Under the pieces are notes generated by a model. It searched no databases, was not told where the DNA came from, and was given only the letters and a program-made list of their open reading frames with translations. This document shows positions 54,826 to 64,000 of a DNA stretch of 64,000 nt, piece by piece (within the stretch, counting starts at the first letter, position 1; every line of letters begins with the position of its first letter). The DNA is from Vicugna vicugna (Eukaryota): NCBI GenBank assembly GCA_013265495.1, contig MU058844.1, positions 4,331,535 to 4,395,534 of the forward strand, read 5' to 3'. A program made the position numbers and the translations under genes.

Positions 54826-54873
<48 letters not shown>

Positions 54874-54915
54874 GTGTGTGTATATGTTTATATGTATATG
54901 TGTATGTATATATAT
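54826..54915. repeat. Compound (TA)n(CA)nCG(TG)n(TA/TG)n microsatellite in the TMTC3 3'UTR
   Basis: Direct reading. Confidence 0.95.
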
Positions 54916-54934
54916 CTCTCCTTTTAATAACTTC

Positions 54935-55085
54935 ATGAGAAAAGTATTTTCTCCAACTAGCAGATGGGGAAACTGAGGACATATAGGTTAAACAACTTCT
55001 CCTAAGTTAAGCTAGCAAGGATGGTAGCAGGATTTGAATCCAGGCAGATTCATAATTTAAAACTCCTATTATTTCACTACACTGA
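54935..55085 (-). mobile_element. MIR within the probable 3'UTR
   Basis: cagatggggaaactgagg..aggttaaacaacttctcctaag..gcaggatttgaatccaggcag is the MIR core. Confidence 0.85.
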
Positions 55086-56382
55086 CTTACAATTGTGTAT
55101 GTATATAAAATTTCACATTTGAGTTTGTCTCATTTTCTTAATAGAGTTTCTGTCACTCAGGGTTGGAAATATATCACTGTTAGGAACCAAGTTAACACAT
55201 ACCTTTCTCAGATCATTATTAATAAAACTACCCGCCAGCTCTTTTTTCTTTGTGGGGGCAGAAATTTCTTGATATGTCATTATATTTTTCTTTTTAACAC
55301 TAAAAGGCAATTCAGGTTAAAGTTTTAAAAAGTATCAATTTAATACTGAATATTTAGAAATATGGTACACAGACACCATAGTAATATAAAATGCACACAA
55401 TTATAAACTATTCTATGAAAACTTAACATGGATGGCTGACAGCTTCGAACAAAACTTTGGACAAAGGTACCAGATATTTTTGAGGGTTCATTTTAAATAC
55501 CATTTAGTCATGCAGACAATTAGTTTTTTTAAAAAAATAAATATGACAAATATATGGATTTCTGAAGTATAAACTGACATACAAATCTATATATTTTCAT
55601 AATATTTTTCATTAAAGCATCTTTAAGGAAGCATTCTATAACATGAAGTTGAGAGCTCAAATTACATATAATGAAAGGCATGAGGTTTTATTAGACTCGA
55701 GTAATTCACATACCAAGTATCTACATAAAAGTAAACACAAAATTGCAAACATTATTTGTTTTATCCTCCAAGTCATCAACTTCATAAAATTACTTACTGG
55801 AGTAATTATTATAAAATTCCCAATTCTGTATGTTAGTAAGGAAACATATATAGGAGCAATATTAAGAAAAACTCAATTCTTCCTTCTGAGAAGCAGTGAA
55901 GTAGTAACGTAATTGCTCCTTAGGGATTGTCAAAGCTTCCTAGAACTCCTAGGATGTAGATTCTTTTGTAAAACAACATGAACTAAAACTACATCCTTTC
56001 ACCAGCCTATAAACCAGTATATAAGCTTTCTTTTCCAAACTTACAGATGCTCACAATTCAGAAATACAGGCTAGTGAACTGGGCTAAAATGTCCTTACTC
56101 TCCATTTTCCTAAAATGACAGCTCCAAAGGGGAAAGAAAAAAAAAATCCATTACCTTTTTCACCTGAAGAGCTTGAATAAAACTTCTATTATGAGTTTAA
56201 AGAGAAGAAATAATCATCTTACACATAAGTAAGCTTGATAGAACTTAAGATGGAATCAATACTAGTTATTAGAAGAGCATATTCCTTAATGGAAGTTAAA
56301 ACATCAAAACTTAATTGGGTTATATCACTAATTTAAAAGTTAACACAGGAGAGAGAAGAGGATTTTTTGAACTAATTTAGAG

Positions 56383-56530
56383 CAGTAATCCTTAACCCTC
56401 ACTACAAATTAGAATCACTGGGAGTTTTTGGAAAAACTGAAACATTGCTCTATCCTAAGACATTCAGATTTAATTGTTGGGAGGTGGGGTCCAGATGATT
56501 CTAATATAAAATGAAGGTTGAGAAACATTG
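56383..56530. mobile_element. MER5-like hAT-Charlie MITE within the probable 3'UTR
   Basis: Imperfect TIRs CAGTAATCCTTAACC and GGTTGAGAAACATTG; internal ttagaatcact, cagatttaattg, gatgattctaat; degenerate 8-bp flanks ATTTAGAG and ATTTGGAA. Confidence 0.75.
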
Positions 56531-58655
56531 ATTTGGAAACATTATTACTTACTCAGGGTGGATTTGATTTAAATAAATTATTTAAAATTCAAATATATGA
56601 ACATATCCTACATGATAGGCACTGTTCTAAATGCTAATATGGAGAAAATTCTTTTTTCTGTAAAATCATTGGATAATATTAATATATCTTTTACCTTTTG
56701 AATAGTTACACAATTAAAATACTACTCAAAGCATTTATTATGGTCTGCTGTCATGAAAGATTTCCTTCTACTTTTCTGAACTATCCCCACTTGATATTAT
56801 AACACAAGAGATCAAACTCAAATTTTTTCTCAAGATATGTGCAGAGAACATAACAATAACATTTCATTTTTCAAGTTATAGTATATGAGGTATTCGCCAC
56901 CTTGTATCTGGAGTCACAAAGCTATAACTTAAGAACTGAAATTAGATATTGCTTTAATGCTTATTAGAATCTCCTGAATCAAAAATCAACTACCATCGGT
57001 ATCAGTACTTACTTTATATTGCCTAAAAAATAATCTGACAGAGCCTCAGAGAATCTAGTAAGAGTAAGTCTTCAATGCAGACCATGTTTCTTATTACTTA
57101 CTTACAAAACAGTTCTTTTTAAAAAAATGTTATAGGAATATGGTTTTTGAAACATAATTAGAAATTATCTCAAAAGAACAGAAATACAGTTTTTGAAATG
57201 CCACATAATTAGAAATTAGTTACTATCCCAGGATGATAGCTTGGGCTTTAAACATTTTAAATGGAAGTTAATTTTATCAGGTATTATAAAACGCATCTGA
57301 AATGTATTTTAACTCATGAAAAAAGTCATTTAAATTAATACGTCTGATTTATATCTACTCTTCAAATGAACAGTTTTCAGGTTTAAATCTGCTAAAACTT
57401 ACAAATGACTTATTAATCTTATTCTAGGCTAATTATCTTTTTAATAGCTGAATAGATGATGACAATTTGGCTAAACATATATGTATATATGGACATATAG
57501 AAAAATGCAATAGCAATTTATTTTCCATACTTGATGGAATTGAAACAGCATTAAAATTTTTATGAAAGCTCAGTAGTCAAAATAAATATTTAATAAAAAT
57601 ATACACCATAAGAAGATATCAAGAACTTAGTGTTTAAAAATAAACTTTGTCACATTGTTTTGCCTTCAGTCAAACAGAACTCAGTTTAAGTATCTAAGAA
57701 TAATTAATGTGTGATTTTGGAAACTAAATTAAAATTCAAGTAACAGTAGAGAGATAACACTAAGATGAAAGAGAAACTGTTTTAACTCAAAAGTTTAATA
57801 CAGTTACAGTTACTGGGACTTCTCACTATGACTATGACCTTAAGAAACATGAATAATTTGAGAAATAAAAGTCTAAGATAGTCATGATTATGTGGTTCAT
57901 GCTGTGAAACTCTTCATTATGTTAAAAAAAAAAAAAGAAAATACAGTATATATGAGCACCATTAGAAGTGTGTATATATATTTAAAACTTTACCTGATTA
58001 AAAACTGCATTTTTTGAGTGAAGTTAAGGACAAGCACAGTTACAAAAATACATTCTTAAACTAACATGTCACATGACTTATTTTAAAATGTTTCATCTGG
58101 CATTCCCTCTAAAAATAAAAAAAAAGAATACAACATAAAGAAAGCCAGTATTCCTTTGTAGTGCAAAGTCCCTTGGTTAAATAGAAGGTTACTGAAGAAA
58201 AAAGAATGTGTTTAGCAAGTGTTTTCGATCCGTTTAAGGAAAGTTTAAGGAAAAATGAAGCTAGCTAATAAATGTGAATTCACAGAATAAACCAGCACAT
58301 GTTGGATGTGACCCTATGAAACCACCATTCAGGCCTCAGATTATTTTTAATTGAGAGTAGTCAATACTATTTTGCCAAAAGAATCTTCCTTCTGTAAGAC
58401 ACAAATTTGCCACCTGTAATTTAATATTCCTGCTAGTCACCAAAACTCAGAAAACTACTCTCACATCTTATATAATACATACCCTGGGGTAATGAAAGGG
58501 TCTTTAATGAAAATCTTATTTTGATCCTATGTAGAGGCAGTTCATGATAGACTGATTAAGTAGCCTTGGTATTTTTCAAAGCTCCCAGTATAAGTAATCA
58601 CAGGATATAGAAGAATTTCTTTGAAACCACTGTCACATCATAAAGAGTAACGCTA

Positions 58656-59470
58656 TTATTCACCATTTAAAATACGTTCAATCTCTTCTAGTCTTTTTAA
58701 AGCAGCAACTCTTTTCTTCTCAATTTCTTTTATTTCTTTTATTGTTTTGTGGGGGACTTCTTTGTCTGTATTTTTTCCTAATTGTTTGTTGGATTTATAC
58801 TGACTTTTATTATCACTTGTTTTTACTATCTGTGTGGGTTTGGGTTCACTTTTGATTTCCTTTACATTTTCAGTTGGAATTTTGTCTCTTCCTACACCTG
58901 AAGTCTTACTAGCTGGGAATATTGGCTGTTCTACAAGACTAGATGAGGAAATTTTATCCCTGACTATATTCAAATGGCGTTGAATATATTCTTCATGTGG
59001 TGCTAATGCCAATGTTTCAACCAGGCATCTTTCAGCTTTTAGTAAGTCCTTCTCTTCAAAATAAACAACACAAAGATTGTGTTTGCCTTGCACATTGCTT
59101 GGATCCATCTCCAAAATCTTTTCAAAACATTTTTTTGCTCCAAGTATATCTTTCTTTTGATTCATCAGAATATCTCCCTTTAAAATGAGACCCTTGATAT
59201 GATCAGGATAGTATCTGAGTAACTCTTCCAAAACTGGCAAAGCCATTAATTCCTTTGCAGTCTGAGAATACAGGAGAGCCAGATTAAACAAAGCACTTCT
59301 GAAGTCAGCTTGTAATTTTATGGCTTTCTTCATCCACATCTCCGCTTCAGTGTCCTTTTTGTCATCCATAGCAAGCATCCCCAGATTGAAATAACCATTA
59401 GCATCCTGTGGCTCTTCATTTATATAGCTTAGAAGTCGTTTTCTAGCTTCAGGTCTGAGCTTAACCTCAC
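58656..59470 (-). CDS. TMTC3: TMTC3 terminal coding exon (C-terminal TPRs, charged tail, stop)
   Basis: attcttag|GT GAG GTT AAG CTC AGA gives (G)[36 protein letters not shown]...[19 protein letters not shown]. Length 815 bp = 2 nt + 271 codons. Stop TAA at 58658-58656. The C-terminus is characteristic of TMTC3. Confidence 0.97.
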
Positions 59471-60334
59471 CTAAGAATATTTTTTTAAAAAAGAAAAAAA
59501 AATTATATTGCTAGCAAGTAAGTCTGAAGAACAAAGCCTCCTGCAAGTATTTATCTAGTTAGATTACAAAAAGACAGAATCAAAACAAGTAACTGATGTA
59601 CTTAAATCAAAAAGCAGAAAGCAAAAACCTCGAAGTTTTCACAGGAAAGACAGTATGCTTGAAGCAATGAAATGGTAGCTCATCTCCCTTCCTCTAAAGC
59701 AGTAAAAGTGAAAAAAAAAATTAAAAGAGGTGAAATACCTGCTTGGTAGTTTAGATTCTAACCGAGAGAAAATGAAGAACAAAGAATCAAGAGAAAGAGG
59801 CATGGAATTTGTCAACAAAGACAAGTATTCAACTTCGATTTTGTTAACATTATGACTTTATACATATATGACTTTGTTTATATACTAAACAAATTATTTA
59901 ACTTCTCTGGGTCAATCTATTGAATATTCTAAGAATTACATAAGACTATAAAAAATGTTCAGCAAATAGTAACTATGATTGGATAAACAAAATGTTTGTC
60001 TTACTAAATCAGATTTTTTTTAAATTACTTAAAAATTTTTAGGACATTTCAAAGGTAAAAATATACCGTTAAATATAAAACTTAAAAATATAAATTAGGA
60101 TTTAGGAAACAAGTATTTATTGAGATAATTGCAAATCAATACAAAAAAATTAAAGTTCTATAATTACACATCTCAGAGTGCAATCGTGTGTTGGATTGAT
60201 TACTAAGGTTAGCTAACTTAACAAAAATATTAGTATTCTAAATTTAGCTTTTTTGACTACAGGTATAAAGATCTCTCTCGAATCTTTTATTTGACAAAAG
60301 GGTGAATAAAGAAAATGTGAAATAAATCAGTAGG

Positions 60335-60485
60335 CTTAAGTTCTTGTCTTGGACTAGTTACTAAACTAGCCATATGAAGTTAGGGTAGTTATTAGATCTA
60401 TTTGCCCCTCATTTCTAATCTACTAAATAGACGACTGGCAAAAATAAACTCAAAGGTTCCCTTTGGCTCTAAAATATGATTTTAT
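60335..60485 (+). mobile_element. MIR-family fragment in the last intron
   Basis: ttactaaactagccatatg..cctcatttctaatct..aaggttccctttggctctaaaat. Confidence 0.6.
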
Positions 60486-61111
60486 GATTCTTACTTTTTT
60501 TTTTTGCAAAAGTTATATAAAAGTATCAAAGAATTAATAAAAAGATTTTTTTAAATGTAAAAATTAAGATTATAAAGTACATATACTGCCTTCTGAGGAA
60601 GTACTAAAATTCTTATATATCAAAGATCCTGATTTATTGTGATGAGTAATTTAGTTTTGCTAAATTATAGAAAATATATATTATAATAATATCTCAGAAA
60701 ACAGTAAAACTGGATATGATACCGAAAGTATCTGGACTTATAAATCAAGAGAAATTAGAATATTACTTCGTCTAAAACATATAATGCCCTTGGTTTCCTA
60801 GAAATAATAAAAAATTTTATAAATTCAGAGTATTTGAATAGTACGATATTAATACATAAGAAATATTGCATTTCCATATATAAAATGACAAAACATAGAT
60901 TAATAAGACATTGCTTAAAAAACTGAAAAATCAGTTTTAACATACAAGAACTAACAATTAGTATTGTGATATTATGTTAGTGCATATTACTTGAAAAGCT
61001 TACTTCAAGTATTTTAAAAATACTCCTTATAAATTATTTATGCAGTTTTGATATAAGACATCCATTCACAAAATGTTTGCTGAAGATAATATAAGTTTTT
61101 ATTATATTTCA

Positions 61112-61393
<282 letters not shown>

Positions 61394-61923
61394 TCAAACA
61401 CAAGCATTACTTACAACATTACCATGTCAGTTTGTCACAAGTTTTAAGCTTATTCATATAGTCACAGCTTTCTTTTTAATTTAGGTTCTTAAAGTTTTCT
61501 TTCAAAAATAACTCTGAAACTGTTCTTAAACCTGAACACATTAGTTTAGCAATTTAGCTTGATACGTTTTCAAATATTACTAAAGAAGGAAAAAGTACTC
61601 CTGACTTTAGACAGTAAGATGTGGTAAGGTATCCAAGAAAGGGGAACAGAGAAAATATATTCTTTAAATATATCTTGAAAAACAGCAGACTAGACTACAT
61701 CAGAAGAATGACATCAACCAGAATGGGAGACCAATTTGTCAGGAGATGAAAAAACAGCATTTGAAGAAGGAAAATAAACACACTAGTGGTGGGAATTTCC
61801 AGTATTCAAACATTTGTTAGCAATGTCTCACTATATAAAAAGTAGAACATTTGAAATTTTTTATTCCTTGTAATTATTTAGTTTTCATCAATGTATTCTT
61901 ATAAAATGACCATTCATTAAGAA

Positions 61924-61953
61924 AGACAGACAGACAGACAGACAGACAGACAG
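61924..61953. repeat. (AGAC)7 intronic microsatellite
   Basis: Direct reading. Confidence 0.95.
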
Positions 61954-63087
61954 GAGTAGACTTAAGAAGCTGATCTGGTAGAATGGAAGGGCACTAGTGC
62001 CACCTGCAGATACCTTTAAGGAATACATCTGAAACTGATCAGTTTGAAAACCATTTTACAAATCATTCTAATATGGTTTTATTTTCTGTTAAGAGAGTTT
62101 TAAAAAGTCATTTTGCTTATATACATATGTGCAAGTCAATTTAAGTATCAAAATGAGAGCTACTTTTATTATGATACTATTCTTTCCTAAAGTATTAGCA
62201 TATGAATGAAATCAAATGAACTATTAATATTCTCAATTAATTTCTAGAATAATATGTTGAAAATGTGATTTTTTAATGCAGAGATTGTTAAATAATCCTT
62301 TAAAAAATCAACATATGACAAGTTCTATTTATATATATACAACCCCACTAAACTTAGTGAATTTCAACAAGTACTAGATAAGGCAGAACAAAGGCAGCTT
62401 CCAGCTTATGAACAGATTTTATTTCAAAAACTTAAATTCTGAACGCATTTTCCCCGTATAAACAATGTGATAATTACGAACAGGTTTCTGGAGCAGGCTA
62501 CAAATCAAAGTTTAACATAAAATTTTCTTCAAGTAGAATACAAATGATAACATTTACATGAGAAAATACATCAAGTGCTAACATGCAATACCAAACTTTG
62601 TTTTTCACTGGCAACTAAAGTTTCTTTGTAGTAAAGGCATCAGTAACAAGGCAATTTCAGTATTAATTTAAGCAAGCTACTGAGAGTTGTATATTACAAG
62701 AATTCTTTCTTAATTATTTTATATATAATGATTTCTTAGTTATATAATGATTTCTTAATTATTCTATAATAGTTAAGAAGTAATAAGTACTTATAAAAAT
62801 GACAATTATTTTATGACAATTAAGTAATTATAAAATGTAATCTTCAATTGTTTTAAGTAAAAATGAATTTGGTGATGAGAAGCAAATGAAACTAAGGAGC
62901 TTCTTCTATCCCTTTGTACAAACCTAAGTTTGACATTATGAATAGATTCCCTTGTCAAATTCAAAATCAAATCAATTAAATTTGTTAGCCTACATTTATT
63001 AGTCTATAGTCTAAACAGGCTATCTTATGTTTATATGCTGTTCGTTGTCAACTAAGATTACTAAAAGGAAAAAAAGGGGCAAAATTA

Positions 63088-63333
<246 letters not shown>

Positions 63334-64000
63334 CTATTCAGAAAGAAATCATTTTCATAATTTGATACTTTAGAACCAAATAAAAATCAGTAGCAAGTAG
63401 TCCTAGTGTCTTATTTAAAATATAGATAGAACATTGAAAGATTATGCTATTAGTTGTTACTGCTATATTAAAATAAATCATTAAAAATGTGAAACAATCT
63501 GCAGTATTCACAAAATACAAGTAAAATAATTAGTATTTAGTGGCACTGAAGGATGTATTTTTTCATTCACGCCAGCTCAACAGATTACGGTTAGCTTTTT
63601 ATATATGTATCATTTTATGAAGTCGTATAAATCAGAATTTTTAGACAGTAAGGTCTCTTAGTACATTTGCATCACACCAGGAATAGAACTCAGGTCTTTT
63701 CTCTCAGTCTAGTGTATTTGTTACACCATGTGAACTTTCATGTTGTCAGCAAAATAATTCCTGGTTGTAACAACAGGGTAGTTAATTTTACTTCAGCACT
63801 CTACAAAACACTCACGTGTTTGAAGTTAGGAAATAAAATTCTCTAATAAACTGATTATTCAGGTTAAGTAAAGGTTATTATATTTAATCTATATAAATAC
63901 AAAATCTCAATGAATATAATAAATCATATCTGATAAAAATCTATATTGGACACAATTTAACTTTAGAATCTTAGGACTGCAATAACCCTTAATGTATTAT

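Larger units (their letters stand above)
54020..58655 (-). other. TMTC3: Probable long 3'UTR of TMTC3 (3' end approximate)
   Basis: AT-rich, largely unique sequence after the stop codon. Minus-strand AATAAA at 57517-57522, 56734-56739, 54794-54799, 54085-54090 and 54039-54044. A UTR of ~4 kb or more fits my recollection of the human transcript; the exact end is inferred. Confidence 0.6.

Noticed and set aside
58997..59188. Antisense ORF overlapping TMTC3 (also 61284..61484)
   Set aside because: Short shadow ORFs on the opposite strand of real coding exons.
62722..62761. ~20-bp tandem duplication TATATAATGATTTCTTA(G/A)T, and a similar AACAGTTTTTATT repeat at ~30220-30256
   Set aside because: Ordinary slippage duplications in AT-rich DNA; only two to three copies with no spacer structure.

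Overview
AT-rich, CpG-poor mammalian genomic DNA. It is most likely camelid (alpaca/camel), inferred from two tRNA-derived SINEs resembling the Tylopoda Vic-1 family. The right end (minus strand) holds the last three coding exons of TMTC3 (63333-63164, 61382-61156, 59470-58656), with canonical GT-AG sites, matching reading phases and a TAA-TAG double stop. A probable ~4.6 kb 3'UTR follows, down to poly(A) signals near 54.04-54.09 kb. The remaining ~54 kb is gene-free and filled with old and younger transposon fossils: L1/HAL1, L2, MIR, MaLR LTRs and ERVL-type pol remnants. In human this interval lies between TMTC3 and KITLG (recalled, not visible here). I found no evidence of a new multi-gene system, and the other listed ORFs are repeat-derived or chance. 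The most notable observations are: a strong 5' splice site regenerated at the last TMTC3 exon junction; an AATAAA enclosed by an inverted repeat next to a palindromic microsatellite in the 3'UTR; a twin-primed 5'-inverted L1 with perfect TSDs; two ERVL pol fossils; and a probable LTR-internal-LTR MaLR provirus with a nested younger LTR. Repeat subfamily names come from recalled consensus similarity and need RepeatMasker/Dfam confirmation. Repeat boundaries are approximate unless TSDs are given.
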